A stretch of 64,000 bases of DNA from Candidatus Dojkabacteria bacterium UBA2022 (GCA_002335495.1 DDBW01000020.1:11124-75123); one strand, 5' to 3'; positions 9,232 through 20,439 are shown, counted from the stretch's first letter. Made by a program: numbers and translations. The notes: a model not told the origin generated them from the sequence alone.

Positions 9232-10289
9232 CAATTGTTGACAACATAAAAAGCATTATAAAAGAGAGACCCATTGTTGCCGTTATGGCTATTGCGGTAG
9301 TGGTTCTACTCCTCGTTCTCATTTACAATCTTTTCTTTCAAAGAGAGGAAGAAGAAAAGCCTCAAAACGGAAAATACCTAATTGAAACCCCTATGCAGTA
9401 TGAGGGGAGTCATAGCGTTGTTATTCCAAAGCAAGTATATGAAGAGAAAACTTTTCCAGATCAGTTACCCATATTCCAGCTGGTAGATACGAACCATTCG
9501 TCAGATATTGATAGATTTCTAATTAAAATTGGGAAAACAGGTCTAACAAAGGATGTCGTAGGAGACTCTCTGTACTCTTGGATTGGAAGCGATAGTAAGT
9601 TGGAATACATCAAATTCCAGCAAAGTCTTTCATTTACCTTTAGCAACCCATTTACAATTTCTTTGCCTACTCAGTTCGTTGATGCTGATAGCGCTGAGAA
9701 ATTTTTCTCACAGTTTATTAAAGAGTACTTTGGTCTCGAATATGAATATACAAATGCCAAAATCTCAACTGAAGGACAAAGGATTGTTTTACAGGTTAAT
9801 AGAAAAGTTAATGATTACCCCATCTACCTTCAAAATCATTTCACCTATACCGATACTTTGACCGTAGACGCTGATGGAAATGTATACTCCGGATCTCTTA
9901 CCTTGTTCGATTATAATTCTGCTGAGAAAGAAGATATTAAACTTGTGAAGGTCCCAAACCTTTCTCAATTAATGTCTAATCCATCATATCCAAAAGATCT
10001 ATTTAAAGGATTTAGTGAAGATCTTCGAAAAATATTGAGCGAACCGGGGGTTGAACTTTTAGACGGAGCTGACCAGTTAATTGAACTTCCTGAACCTGTG
10101 TTTTCAGACGTGAAAAGCATTGAGCTTGTGTATTATTACTCAAGTGATGCATATAAACAACTTATTCCTATATACAGATTAGAAGCTGAAGGAGTTATTA
10201 CCTATTTAGGCAAGAATGCTAGGATTCCAATAGTAATTTACGCTAATGCCCTTGATCCAGATAGAGTTTATATAGAAAGTGGAGAGTAA
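9207..10289 (+). CDS. membrane-anchored hypothetical protein
   Basis: 360 codons. It has an N-terminal TM helix (IVAVMAIAVVVLLLVLIYNLFF) followed by a soluble domain. It overlaps the upstream stop by 25 nt, so the true start may be an internal Met. Confidence 0.45.
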   Translation: MQLLCMSITIVDNIKSIIKERPIVAVMAIAVVVLLLVLIYNLFFQREEEEKPQNGKYLIETPMQYEGSHSVVIPKQVYEEKTFPDQLPIFQLVDTNHSSDIDRFLIKIGKTGLTKDVVGDSLYSWIGSDSKLEYIKFQQSLSFTFSNPFTISLPTQFVDADSAEKFFSQFIKEYFGLEYEYTNAKISTEGQRIVLQVNRKVNDYPIYLQNHFTYTDTLTVDADGNVYSGSLTLFDYNSAEKEDIKLVKVPNLSQLMSNPSYPKDLFKGFSEDLRKILSEPGVELLDGADQLIELPEPVFSDVKSIELVYYYSSDAYKQLIPIYRLEAEGVITYLGKNARIPIVIYANALDPDRVYIESGE

Positions 10290-11223
10290 TATGGTTAAAA
10301 GTATTCTAAATCTTTTTAGAGTAAAGCAGTGGGTAAAAAATCTTATGATCTACATCCCACTGTTCTTTTCCGGTAATCTTCTTGATTCTGCATCTTTTTA
10401 TAAAACGACATATGCATTTATAGCATTATGTTTTCTTTCGTCTGCCGTCTATATATTTAATGATATCCTAGATAGAAAACGAGATTCTCTCCATCCAAAA
10501 AAGAAAACCAGACTTATAAGCTCAGGGAAAATCTCCGTATTCTCTGCCGTTATCTTGCTTCTATCAATTCTCTCTTTTGCATTTGTAATCTCATCTTTGT
10601 ACGTTCAGTCCGAGTACTTTAATGCTTTTATGATCCTTTATGCTTCAATGATGCTATTTTATACGCTATTTTTTAAACACATAGGGATCGTAGATGCAAT
10701 CGTTATTGCCCTAGGATTCGTTCTTCGAGTAGTTGCTGGAGCCGTGCTTTTGGAACTCTCCCTTTCCGCGATGCTAGTTGTTGCTATGATTGGCGCTGCT
10801 ATATTAATATCCTTCGGTAAAAGAAAGGCTGAAATATCTTCAATGGGGTGGGAGTTGGCGATCAAACACAGACCTGCACTTATTGTTTATCCAAAAGGTG
10901 TGCTGGATATAATTATATCGACTGTCACATCCGTAACCTTTTTCGCATATATCATGTATTGCTATGGGTATAAAACCGAAGGCCTAATTACATTGCTCGA
11001 ACCATATCTTCCTCCTCGTTTTCAGGACCCCCAGTGGTTACTACTTACAATTCCTGTGGCTTTCTACGTTCTCACCCGTTATTTAATCCTTATATATAAA
11101 GGAGAAAGCATTATCCCAGAGGATATATGGGTAAAAGATTCTTCTCTTAGATATGGACTAGTTCTATGGATATTATTAATGTTTCTCTTGATATATTTCG
11201 AACAGTTATCTAGAATGTTCTAG
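10279..11223 (+). CDS. UbiA-family polyprenyl-phosphate phosphoribosyltransferase-like membrane enzyme (DPPR-synthase-like)
   Basis: 314 codons with multiple TM helices. It has the UbiA NDxxDxxxD motif (NDILDRKRD). The N-terminus VKQWVKNLMIYIPLFFSG resembles the decaprenyl-phosphate phosphoribosyltransferase family. Confidence 0.6.
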   Translation: MESNMVKSILNLFRVKQWVKNLMIYIPLFFSGNLLDSASFYKTTYAFIALCFLSSAVYIFNDILDRKRDSLHPKKKTRLISSGKISVFSAVILLLSILSFAFVISSLYVQSEYFNAFMILYASMMLFYTLFFKHIGIVDAIVIALGFVLRVVAGAVLLELSLSAMLVVAMIGAAILISFGKRKAEISSMGWELAIKHRPALIVYPKGVLDIIISTVTSVTFFAYIMYCYGYKTEGLITLLEPYLPPRFQDPQWLLLTIPVAFYVLTRYLILIYKGESIIPEDIWVKDSSLRYGLVLWILLMFLLIYFEQLSRMF

Positions 11224-12417
11224 ATGAAAAAACTGTCTCATTTTGTTTTCAAAATTTGTCTAACTGTTTTCTTTGTATTGGCACTGCCAACTTCCATGTA
11301 TGCTGCTGAGTATAGTAGGGAACAATCAGGGATAGACACTTCGATTTCGGATCAAACAACAAGGCAATTTGCGCAACCGACCAAGATATATATGATTCAA
11401 ATTACAACTCAAGAGTCCCTGCTACAAAAAGATTCTAGGGCGTGGTTTAAAACCCTTTACTACTACTTTATCACCCGCCTTGGATACGTAGATCTCCCAT
11501 TTACCTACGTTGTTGACCGAGATGGAAATGTATATAAGGGTAGGGATGGAGGTCCTAACGTGTCTCCTGAAATCTCAGGTTCCCAAGGAGCTGTTGTCGT
11601 AGGATATCTCTCAAACCCAACCGATATCACAGTTCCAGCCGGTGATGCAATTAAAAAACTCGTAACGGATCTCTCATATACATATGGAATAGAAGGGAAA
11701 GAATTACAGACCGTGACAATGAAGATGATTAAAGAAGATGGGAAGTCTACTAAATCCGTTTTCACTCCTGTAAATAATCTTTTTGCGCTAAATATCGCTA
11801 CAGTTATTGAAAATGTGAAGTTCTCGGACAAAGAGCATATTGATTATAAAGCAGAAATAGCCCTTGTAAACTATGAAAAAACCGTTAAATCAGGGGAGAA
11901 GTTAAAGGTAACTGTGGGTATAAAGAATAATAATGATTTTCCATGGTTTACAGATAAAGATTATATATATGTTTCTACTAAGGGATCTAAGAATAGCAAG
12001 TTTGCAATAAACGGTGTTTGGGATAGCTTCAGCAAGCCTGTAAGCATATCGAAGCGCACTGTTCAGCCAGGAGAGACCGTTAATGTCGAGTTTGAACTCC
12101 AAGCACTACTACTCCCTGGAAAACAGAGTGAGTCATACTATATCTTAAGATCCCCATCTACGGTATTTTCAAATACTGAATTCAAGATTGAGTTTGAGAT
12201 TCTCAAGGGTAGTGCGAAATTGGTTCAGGTGACCAACACTCCAGGGGGAGTTCTAAACGTTCGAGAATGTCCATCTGGTAACTGTAAATCCCTTACCCAG
12301 TTGGAAGAAGGGCAAGTTGTTGTTATGATAGAGAAGAGCTCGGCAGGTTGGTATAAGGTTAGGTATTCAGAAAGTAAAACTGGTTGGGTATATGGTCCGT
12401 ATATAAAAGAATTGTAA
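11224..12417 (+). CDS. secreted N-acetylmuramoyl-L-alanine amidase (amidase_2/PGRP-like) with a C-terminal SH3b domain
   Basis: It has a signal peptide. The LGYVDLPFTYVVDRDGNVYKGRDGG block matches the amidase_2 core. The C-terminus (GWYKVRYSESKTGWVYGPYIKEL) is SH3b-like. Confidence 0.6.
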   Translation: MKKLSHFVFKICLTVFFVLALPTSMYAAEYSREQSGIDTSISDQTTRQFAQPTKIYMIQITTQESLLQKDSRAWFKTLYYYFITRLGYVDLPFTYVVDRDGNVYKGRDGGPNVSPEISGSQGAVVVGYLSNPTDITVPAGDAIKKLVTDLSYTYGIEGKELQTVTMKMIKEDGKSTKSVFTPVNNLFALNIATVIENVKFSDKEHIDYKAEIALVNYEKTVKSGEKLKVTVGIKNNNDFPWFTDKDYIYVSTKGSKNSKFAINGVWDSFSKPVSISKRTVQPGETVNVEFELQALLLPGKQSESYYILRSPSTVFSNTEFKIEFEILKGSAKLVQVTNTPGGVLNVRECPSGNCKSLTQLEEGQVVVMIEKSSAGWYKVRYSESKTGWVYGPYIKEL

Positions 12418-12423
12418 GACTTC

Positions 12424-14430
12424 ATGTCAAAGGATTTAATCCTAGAAAATTTAAACCCTCCCCAGAGGGAAGCAGTTATGCATACTGATGGCCCATTGCT
12501 TGTTTTTGCAGGTGCTGGGTCTGGTAAAACTAAGGCTATAACTAGCCGTATCGCCTATTTGATCACTCAGCATGGTGTTGATCCCTCTTCAATCTTGGCT
12601 GTTACCTTCACAAAGAAGGCCTCAGAAGAGATGAGAGAGAGGGTTGAAAAGCTTCTTCATCAAGTTGGTGCAGGAGGAGATGATCTCCCTACGGTTGGCA
12701 CTTTTCATTCTTTAGGTGCAATGATATTAAGGCAGGAAGCTGCTACCCTCGGCTTTACTAAGGGGTTCTCGATATATGATTCTGATGATAGTGAGAACCT
12801 TATTAAAGAAATTCTCCTTTCGATGAATCTTGATATTAAACAGATTAAGCCTCAAGCCATTTCATGGCTCATTAGTGCCGCCAAAAACGAGATTATTTCC
12901 CCTGAAAACTTTACATATCATTACTCCGGGTATATTGAGGATATTGCTGCCGAGGTATATGCCAAATATCAAAAGCAGTTGCAGGATCAGAATTCGGTTG
13001 ATTTTGGAGATCTTATCTACCTGCCTGCAAAACTTCTTCTCGAAAACCAGGAAATTCTAAAAAAGTATCAGGATATGTATAAGTACCTGCTAATTGATGA
13101 GTACCAAGATACCAATAAAGCTCAGTACACCCTCTCTAAACTTTTGGCTGAAAAACATAGGAATATCTGTGTAGTAGGGGATGATGACCAGGGTATCTAC
13201 GGATGGAGAGGAGCTGATATTCAGAACATCCTTTCCTTTGAAAAAGATTTTCCGGAAGTTAAGGTTGTAAAGCTTGAACAGAACTACCGATCTGTTGCCA
13301 ACGTAATACACGCAGCTGTATCAGTGATTGGGCAGAATACATCAAGAGCTGAGAAAACCCTTTGGACTGATAAAGAGGATGGAGATAAAATTACCATATA
13401 TCAAGCGAGAGATCCTGAAGATGAAGCTCAATACGTTGTTGATGAGCTTATTACATTTAGAAACTCAGGTAGAAGTTTTGGTGAAGCAGCTATTTTGTAC
13501 CGTACTAACTTCCAATCTCGATCTATAGAAGAAGCTCTCTTGCGTAGAGGCATATCTTATAAATTAGTGGGCGGATTTCGCTTCTACGAGAGAAAAGAGG
13601 TAAAGGATATTATTAGCTATCTGCGTTTTATACACAATATTAAGGATGATCTTAGTCTTTCCAGGGTGTTAAACATTCCTCCGCGTAAGGTAGGTCCTAA
13701 GAGTGTTGCGGATATCTATAGAGTTGCTAGAGAGGTACAGGCTTCCGTGGGAGAAACTTTAGTTGCTTCTTACATTGTTGCTCACGATATTCCTAACGCA
13801 GGTATTGTTGATGATAGTCTTTTGGAAAAGGTTAAAGGGGTAGGCGATGCTCTTAGTAAATTTAGAGGCCTCTCTGATACTTTCGGTGAGATATATGTTT
13901 CCTGCAAGGATAAGAATGCTCTGGAGGCGATATCAGAAATAATGGAAATAATCAGATACGAGTCTTTTATTGATGATGGAAGCGAAGCCGCAGAGTCTCG
14001 GCTTGAAAACCTGACGGAGTTAAAAAATGTAGCGGCTAGTTATGTCGCTAAGTCCGCGGATAACTCCATTGCTCTCTTTCTTCAAGAAATAACTTTGATT
14101 GAGCAGGAACAAGATAAAAAGGGGAGAGAAGGAGGAGAAAGCGTCACCCTTATGACAATGCACTCTTCCAAAGGTTTAGAATTCCCTGCCGTATTTATTA
14201 TTGGTATGGAAGAAGGGATTTTCCCTCATTCCCGATCCTTCACTGATGCTAGCGGTTTAGAAGAGGAAAGACGGTTATGTTATGTAGGAATTACGAGAGC
14301 AAGAGAGAAACTCTGGCTTACTTTCTCTGAAGGAAGGACGCAAATGGGTGGATACTCTTCACAAATTCCATCGCGCTTCTTGGCTGAGATACCTCAGGAC
14401 CTATGTGAATACTACAGCTGGAATGCGTAA
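12424..14430 (+). CDS. pcrA: ATP-dependent DNA helicase PcrA/UvrD family
   Basis: Walker A GAGSGKT is present. UvrD helicase motifs are conserved throughout (DEYQDTN, VGDDDQ, the QNYRS block, and the C-terminal YVGITRA). Confidence 0.85.
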   Translation: MSKDLILENLNPPQREAVMHTDGPLLVFAGAGSGKTKAITSRIAYLITQHGVDPSSILAVTFTKKASEEMRERVEKLLHQVGAGGDDLPTVGTFHSLGAMILRQEAATLGFTKGFSIYDSDDSENLIKEILLSMNLDIKQIKPQAISWLISAAKNEIISPENFTYHYSGYIEDIAAEVYAKYQKQLQDQNSVDFGDLIYLPAKLLLENQEILKKYQDMYKYLLIDEYQDTNKAQYTLSKLLAEKHRNICVVGDDDQGIYGWRGADIQNILSFEKDFPEVKVVKLEQNYRSVANVIHAAVSVIGQNTSRAEKTLWTDKEDGDKITIYQARDPEDEAQYVVDELITFRNSGRSFGEAAILYRTNFQSRSIEEALLRRGISYKLVGGFRFYERKEVKDIISYLRFIHNIKDDLSLSRVLNIPPRKVGPKSVADIYRVAREVQASVGETLVASYIVAHDIPNAGIVDDSLLEKVKGVGDALSKFRGLSDTFGEIYVSCKDKNALEAISEIMEIIRYESFIDDGSEAAESRLENLTELKNVAASYVAKSADNSIALFLQEITLIEQEQDKKGREGGESVTLMTMHSSKGLEFPAVFIIGMEEGIFPHSRSFTDASGLEEERRLCYVGITRAREKLWLTFSEGRTQMGGYSSQIPSRFLAEIPQDLCEYYSWNA

Positions 14431-14438
14431 TGTTTATT

Positions 14439-15365
14439 CTATCTTGAAAGGTATTTAGCGTTACATGCTGGCCAGTGCCATGCCCTATTTCCTGGGGTAT
14501 CATACATCTTTGATACTATCTCAATCTGTTCTGTCCCATCCCAGATGTTCGTCCCCCCGTATGCAGTATAAGTCTTCTTATTAAACTGGTATAGACCTAG
14601 GTATACATTGCGGGTATTTTGACCGGAATCACACCAGGTCTCGCATCTCATTATGAATTTCATCCAGTCGTTTTTCTGTTTGAAAAGAGTTGGGTCTACG
14701 TATCTATCTATTACCGCATCCCAGTATCCACAACTTTGTATTGTTACTGGCTTTGTTCCAATAAGCACAATCTTATCGATTGCTTTCTTGGTTACCTCTG
14801 ACTTTACAACACTGGACTTAAAAGCTACTCCATCACGGTAAATTACTTTGATAGTTTTTACGAGTAGTCCGTTAGATCCTTCTTGATCTATTTTAACAGT
14901 TCCCGTGTTTAGCTCCTCGGTTTTCTTCTCTACCAGAGTGAAAGGGATAATCTCCTCTCTGTTTTTATACTCCACATCAACTTTGATTACTTGGATTACT
15001 CTTTTTTCTGTTATTACTTCTTCTATATCAGGGATGGTCAAGTCATCTTCATCTAGGGATATTTTCATCTCTGAAAGCACCTCTCCAACCGTTCTGCCAT
15101 ATACTAACGCCTTAAAAGTTCCTGCTTTAGAAGTTACTGCTACCACCTTAGGCGCAAATATCGACCTGTTTTTTTTAGGAAGTGTTGAAGTGTCGATACT
15201 TAAAGCCGATGACTTATCATTTCTTGTTTCTCCTGCATAAGCATATGAAGCGCCAAATTCAAGTCCAGTTACAATCAGGACTGCAACAGTTAATACCAAA
15301 AGCGTAAATGTGAAGAGGTAGGTTTTGAGTCGAGCACTTCCGTTTACACGGATTGACCGGTCCAT
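14439..15365 (-). CDS. rpf: RpfB-like resuscitation-promoting-factor/lytic transglycosylase with G5 domain and N-terminal TM anchor
   Basis: The C-terminus CETWCDSGQN...YLGLYQFNKKTYTAYGG is the Rpf transglycosylase-like signature. A G5-like beta domain lies upstream and a TM helix follows the MDRSIRV start. The ORF track extends to 15449, but the Met at 15365 is chosen because it directly precedes the anchor. Confidence 0.65.
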   Translation of the reverse strand: MDRSIRVNGSARLKTYLFTFTLLVLTVAVLIVTGLEFGASYAYAGETRNDKSSALSIDTSTLPKKNRSIFAPKVVAVTSKAGTFKALVYGRTVGEVLSEMKISLDEDDLTIPDIEEVITEKRVIQVIKVDVEYKNREEIIPFTLVEKKTEELNTGTVKIDQEGSNGLLVKTIKVIYRDGVAFKSSVVKSEVTKKAIDKIVLIGTKPVTIQSCGYWDAVIDRYVDPTLFKQKNDWMKFIMRCETWCDSGQNTRNVYLGLYQFNKKTYTAYGGTNIWDGTEQIEIVSKMYDTPGNRAWHWPACNAKYLSR

Positions 15366-15469
15366 TTGTTTACTTAAAAATGTTATTCCTGTGGGATTAG
15401 TTGAGATGTGGTATCCACAAGACAAAAAATTGTAACAGATATTTGACAATAATGCACACCTAAACTAAC

Positions 15470-16942
15470 ATGAAATTAATGAAAAAATCATTTAAATATA
15501 TTGCAATATTTCTTGTTTTTGTAACTATAACTCTCTCAGTTCTATACCTTTTAAGGTCAAATATCACCCAGCAGGAGAAATCTGAGTATGCGACATTGAT
15601 TGAAGAGGGAGATAAGGCGCTGGATCGAAAAGAGTACGGAAAGGCTATTACTACATATTCAAAAGCTGCTGAGGTGATTCCTCAAAACTTGGATGCGTAT
15701 GAAAAGATTGTTGATACTTTATCCTTAAAAGGTAGGTTTGATGATGCTAAGAGCGTGGTAGAGCAATCTGGTAAAGTTCTTAATGCTTCAAAAAAGAGTT
15801 CCTTGTACTCCAGACTCGCATCCCATTACTACGAAGCAGAGATTTATAATAAGGCTGAAGAGTTTTACCTTGACGCTAACAATCTAAAAGCTTCAGACTC
15901 TATAGAATTGAACCTTGCAAAGGTATATCTAAAGCTGAATGATATTAGTAAAAGCAAAAAATACCTGGAAAAGGTGAGCAAGGACGCTTCAGGCTCAGTA
16001 GGTTTAGATGCTGATCTCTTGCGCGCCTATAATGCTAAGGCCGATGTCACGGCTGCAAAACAGTTTTTTGATAAGTGGGATTTAGCTTTGGAGGATGATA
16101 AAACCTTAGCGTCAAAAGCTACTGCTTATCAGAAGGCTTTAGGTTCTGTTACAAATGATGATCTATATAGTAGAGCGATCCTTTCTAGGGAGATTATAAA
16201 TGCAGGGTATCCTGTCCTTGCAATTGATCTTTTGGAATCTGAAGTTGAAAAAATGAAAGACTATCCCGATGGTATGTACTTCCTCGCTCGTGCCTATTAT
16301 GACTCAGGTAAATACTCTTCTGCATTAGATATCTTAAACAAATCCTTGGGTTTTGATACCTACTCAGGAGAGATATATCTTATGGTTGCTAGGATAAATA
16401 TCATAAATGGAGATATTAACTCTGCGTTCGAAGCTTACGATAAGGCAGTTGTTTTTGCTTCTGAGGAGATAAAGGGTGAATTTTACAAAGAGTATATTGA
16501 AATTTTGATTGCGGAAAAGTCGTATAGTGAGGCGAAGTCTAATCTGGATAAGGTAATTAAGGGTAAAGTTACTGATACAATATGGCCATACACACTCTAT
16601 TTGGAAATGTATTACGATCAGAAAAATTACGATGAAATGGCCTCCGTCCTATCTACTCTTGCTAAGCTATCGAACCTAACTGATCAAGAAAAAATGGAAT
16701 ATTTGAGATGGCAGATTGTATACAGCATTGAAAACGACAAGTTGGCATCCGCAAAAGAACTTTTAACGACGCTAAGATCCTTAGATCGTTACAACCCGTA
16801 TTACTATCTTCTTTCTGGTCGAATAAACTTGATTGAAGGTAATAATGATAAGGCTAAAGAGGAACTTGAGCTTGCTCTTAATTATGATTTGGAGGGGAGT
16901 GTGACTGAAAGTGCAAAGAAACTGCTTGGAAGAATAGAATAA
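15470..16942 (+). CDS. TPR-repeat protein with N-terminal TM anchor
   Basis: 490 codons. It has an N-terminal hydrophobic helix. After that come repeated 34-residue helical units with the TPR small/large residue pattern (YGKAITTYSKAAEV..., the LARAYYDSGKY... block). Confidence 0.6.
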   Translation: MKLMKKSFKYIAIFLVFVTITLSVLYLLRSNITQQEKSEYATLIEEGDKALDRKEYGKAITTYSKAAEVIPQNLDAYEKIVDTLSLKGRFDDAKSVVEQSGKVLNASKKSSLYSRLASHYYEAEIYNKAEEFYLDANNLKASDSIELNLAKVYLKLNDISKSKKYLEKVSKDASGSVGLDADLLRAYNAKADVTAAKQFFDKWDLALEDDKTLASKATAYQKALGSVTNDDLYSRAILSREIINAGYPVLAIDLLESEVEKMKDYPDGMYFLARAYYDSGKYSSALDILNKSLGFDTYSGEIYLMVARINIINGDINSAFEAYDKAVVFASEEIKGEFYKEYIEILIAEKSYSEAKSNLDKVIKGKVTDTIWPYTLYLEMYYDQKNYDEMASVLSTLAKLSNLTDQEKMEYLRWQIVYSIENDKLASAKELLTTLRSLDRYNPYYYLLSGRINLIEGNNDKAKEELELALNYDLEGSVTESAKKLLGRIE

Positions 16943-16966
16943 CCTCTTCCTTTTCTTGTTGCCCTT

Positions 16967-16975
16967 TGTTATAAT
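16967..16975 (+). promoter_or_regulatory. extended -10 element (TGnTATAAT) upstream of fusA
   Basis: tgtTATAAT lies 60 nt upstream of the fusA ATG. No good -35 is present. Confidence 0.35.
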
Positions 16976-17034
16976 CCCACCGGAAGTATAAATTCCCCCA
17001 GTTGTACTGGAAGATAAAATTTTAATCAATCTAT

Positions 17035-19143
17035 ATGGGTGTTCAAACGTACGATGTTAAGTTCGACCTCGATAAAATAAGAAATATTGGTATTATCGCG
17101 CACATTGACGCTGGTAAAACTACTACTACAGAGAGGTTGCTATTTTTCACCGGACAGAAGCATAAGATTGGAGAGGTACATGAGGGAGCTGCAACTACAG
17201 ATTTCATGGAGCAGGAGCAGGAAAGAGGAATTACTATTATGTCTGCTGCTGTTACGTGTTTCTGGAAACTTAATGGAGTCGATTACCGAATCAACATCAT
17301 TGATACCCCAGGTCACGTAGATTTCACCGCAGAAGTAGAGAGATCTCTTAGAGTCCTTGACGGAGCTGTTGTTATATTCGATGGTAAGATGGGTGTTGAG
17401 CCTCAGTCTGAGACAGTATGGAGACAGGCAAACAAGTACCATGTACCAAGAATCTGTTTTGTAAACAAATTAAACCTATTAGGTGGAGATTTCGATATGA
17501 GTCTTGCTTCAATCAAGGAAAGATTGAGTCCAAGAGCTGTTCCTCTAGTTGTTCCAATTGGAAAAGAGACTCAGCTTAGAGGTTTTGTAGATTTGATTGA
17601 TATGAAGGCTTATATGTATGATTCCGTTGAGTCAATGGAGCTTAAGGAAGCACCTATTCCAGATGACTTGAAGGATAAGGTTAATAAGCTAAGAGAGGAG
17701 TTAGTTGAGAAACTTGTTGAGCAAGATGATGTATTAATGGAGAAGTACTTCGCAGGAGAAGAGCTCTCTGTTGATCAACTCCGAATGGCTCTTCGAAAGG
17801 GTACTCTATCCGGCCAGTTATTCCCAGTACTCGGAGGAGACTCCCGAACCGTTATTACTCGAAAATTGCTTGACTATATTACAATATGTCTTCCAAGTCC
17901 TAAGGATTTACCTCCTGTTAAAGGTGTTCATCCAAAGACTGGCGAAGAAATTGAAAGAAAACTTGATGATACGGATCCATTCTCATCATTGGTATTCAAG
18001 ATTGTTTCTGACCCACATATCGGTACCTTGTCTTACTTCAGAGTGTACTCTGGAAAGATAGCTGCAGGATCCTATGTCTTTAACTCTACTAAGAATCTAA
18101 GAGAGAGAGTTGGAAGACTTGTTCTTATGCATGCTAAGGAGAGAGAAGAAGTTCAGATGCTTAGAGCGGGTGATATCGGGGCTATTGTTGGTTTGAAGGA
18201 CTCTTTCACTGGAGATACTCTTTGTGAAGATTCTAATCCAATAATTTTGGAGCAGATCCAGTTTGCAGAGCCAGTTATCTCTCAGGCTATTGAGCCTGCA
18301 ACCAAGTCAGACGAAGAGAAGATGGGTATGGCATTGGCAAGATTAGTTAAAGAAGATCCTACATTTAGAGTTCAGAGTAATCATGAGACAGGCCAAACTC
18401 TTATCTCAGGAATGGGTGAGTTACACCTTGAAATCATGGTTGACAGGTTGAAGAGGGAATATAATGTTATTGCTAATGTAGGAAAGCCACAGGTAGCATA
18501 TAGAGAAACTGTAAAAGCCACTGCAGAAGCAGAGGGTAAGTATATTAAGCAGTCAGGAGGTAAAGGACAGTATGGTCACTGTTATCTCAGGGTTGAGCCA
18601 AATGAGCCTGGAAAAGGATTTGAGTTCATCAATGCTATCAAGGGTGGAGCTATTCCAAGGGAGTATATTCCTGCTGTTGAAAAGGGTGTTGTAGAAACTA
18701 TGCAATCAGGAGTTGTTGCTGGTTATCCAGTTGTAGATATAAAAGTAACTCTTTATGATGGTTCGTACCATGATGTTGACTCATCTGAGGCGGCATTCAA
18801 GGTTGCTGGTTCAATGGCATTTAAGGATGCATGTAGAATGGCAAGTCCAATTCTCTTAGAGCCTATTATGGATGTTGAAGTTGCTGCACCTGATAAATTT
18901 GTTGGTGATGTAACCGGATCTTTGAGTAGTAAGAGAGGTCAGATTCAGAAGACTGAGGTAAAAGGAAATCTTCACCTTATCAATGCAAAAGTTCCATTGT
19001 CAGAGCTTTTCGGTTATACTACCGAGCTTAGATCTATTACTAGCGGTCGAGGAAGTGCAACTATGGAGCCTTCTAACTACGCTGAAGTACCAAGATCATT
19101 AGCTGAGGAGATTGCACTTGGAAGAGGGAAGGGAAATAGTTAA
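17035..19143 (+). CDS. fusA: translation elongation factor G
   Basis: [17 protein letters not shown]-domain and DTPGHVDF are present. The ORF is full length at 702 aa with EF-G domains conserved throughout. Confidence 0.95.
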   Translation: MGVQTYDVKFDLDKIRNIGIIAHIDAGKTTTTERLLFFTGQKHKIGEVHEGAATTDFMEQEQERGITIMSAAVTCFWKLNGVDYRINIIDTPGHVDFTAEVERSLRVLDGAVVIFDGKMGVEPQSETVWRQANKYHVPRICFVNKLNLLGGDFDMSLASIKERLSPRAVPLVVPIGKETQLRGFVDLIDMKAYMYDSVESMELKEAPIPDDLKDKVNKLREELVEKLVEQDDVLMEKYFAGEELSVDQLRMALRKGTLSGQLFPVLGGDSRTVITRKLLDYITICLPSPKDLPPVKGVHPKTGEEIERKLDDTDPFSSLVFKIVSDPHIGTLSYFRVYSGKIAAGSYVFNSTKNLRERVGRLVLMHAKEREEVQMLRAGDIGAIVGLKDSFTGDTLCEDSNPIILEQIQFAEPVISQAIEPATKSDEEKMGMALARLVKEDPTFRVQSNHETGQTLISGMGELHLEIMVDRLKREYNVIANVGKPQVAYRETVKATAEAEGKYIKQSGGKGQYGHCYLRVEPNEPGKGFEFINAIKGGAIPREYIPAVEKGVVETMQSGVVAGYPVVDIKVTLYDGSYHDVDSSEAAFKVAGSMAFKDACRMASPILLEPIMDVEVAAPDKFVGDVTGSLSSKRGQIQKTEVKGNLHLINAKVPLSELFGYTTELRSITSGRGSATMEPSNYAEVPRSLAEEIALGRGKGNS

Positions 19144-19161
19144 AAATATTGAAGAAAGTGC

Positions 19162-19190
19162 TTGAAACTGTCGTGAGTTTCTGTTAATAT
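19162..19190 (+). promoter_or_regulatory. sigma70-type promoter for tuf (TTGAAA-17-TAATAT with an upstream TG)
   Basis: -35 TTGAAA is at 19162-19167 and -10 TAATAT at 19185-19190 with a TGn extension. It overlaps the inverted repeat GAAACT/AGTTTC. Confidence 0.5.
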
Positions 19191-19266
19191 ACCATGCAGT
19201 TTCAAATGGAGAGTTCTCCATACTATATTAAGGAACCAAATAATTTAAATTAATATTTATTTAAAA

Positions 19267-20439
19267 ATGGCTAACGAGTTCATTAGGACAAAGCCTCACA
19301 TGAACATTGGTACCCTTGGTCACGTGGACCACGGTAAGACCACTTTTGTTCGAGGTATTCTTAGAGCTTTTGCATCTGACGATGTAAAGGAGAAAATGAT
19401 TGATAAGTTGGATAAAGATCCAAACTCAAGAGCAAAGAGTATTACAATTGCTGTTGCTCACGTAGAGTTTGAAACCGAAAGTAGACACTATGCATTGGTA
19501 GATTGCCCAGGTCACAGAGACTATATCAAGAACATGATTACTGGTGCGGCACAGATGGACGGTGCAATCTTGGTTGTATCTTCTACTGACGGTGCTATGC
19601 CTCAGACCAAGGAGCACTTGCTTCTTGCTAAGCAGGTTGGAGTTCCAAAGATTGTTGTTTTCATCAATACTTTCGGTGCTGCTGACGAGGAAATTCTCGA
19701 GCTTATTAAGTCTGATATTCAAGATCTTCTTAAGAAGTATGGATATGATGAGAATGCTCCTATTATTGTAGGTGATGCTCTTAAAGCTCAAGAAGGTGAC
19801 GAAGCCGGACTTGCAGCTGCTAGAGAAGTAATGAAGGCAGTTGATGAGTATATTCCTGTTCCAGAGAGATCAGTTGATCAGCCATTCTTGATGCCTGTTG
19901 AGGATGTATTCTCAATTGAAGGTAGAGGAACAGTTGTAACTGGTAGAGTTGAGAGAGGAAAGCTTTCAGTTGGATCTGAAGTTGAAATCCTCGGAATGGG
20001 TAGAGATGCTCAGAAGACTGCTGTTACTGGAGTTGAAATGTTCAACAAGTCAATGCAGGAAGCTCTTGCAGGTGATAATGTTGGTCTTTTGCTCAGAGGT
20101 TTGAAGAGAGAAGATGTTGAAAGAGGTCAGGTAGTTGTTGCTCCTGGATCTGTTAAGACTCATACTGAATTCAAGGCAGAGGTTTATGTTCTTACCAAAG
20201 AGGAAGGTGGAAGACATACTCCATTTGTATCTGGATATAAGCCACAGTTCTATATCAGAACTGCTGATGTAACTGGTGAAGTTACCTTGGATAACGTAGA
20301 AATGGTGTCTCCTGGAGACAATACTCAGTTTAACGTTAAACTTATGGCTCCTGTTTCTATTGAAGTTGGGGTAAGGTTTGCTATCCGAGAGGGTGGTCAG
20401 ACTGTAGGTCAGGGAATTGTTACTGAGATTATTAAGTAA
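19267..20439 (+). CDS. tuf: translation elongation factor Tu
   Basis: [17 protein letters not shown] and NKxD motifs are present. The ORF is 390 aa. Confidence 0.95.
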   Translation: MANEFIRTKPHMNIGTLGHVDHGKTTFVRGILRAFASDDVKEKMIDKLDKDPNSRAKSITIAVAHVEFETESRHYALVDCPGHRDYIKNMITGAAQMDGAILVVSSTDGAMPQTKEHLLLAKQVGVPKIVVFINTFGAADEEILELIKSDIQDLLKKYGYDENAPIIVGDALKAQEGDEAGLAAAREVMKAVDEYIPVPERSVDQPFLMPVEDVFSIEGRGTVVTGRVERGKLSVGSEVEILGMGRDAQKTAVTGVEMFNKSMQEALAGDNVGLLLRGLKREDVERGQVVVAPGSVKTHTEFKAEVYVLTKEEGGRHTPFVSGYKPQFYIRTADVTGEVTLDNVEMVSPGDNTQFNVKLMAPVSIEVGVRFAIREGGQTVGQGIVTEIIK

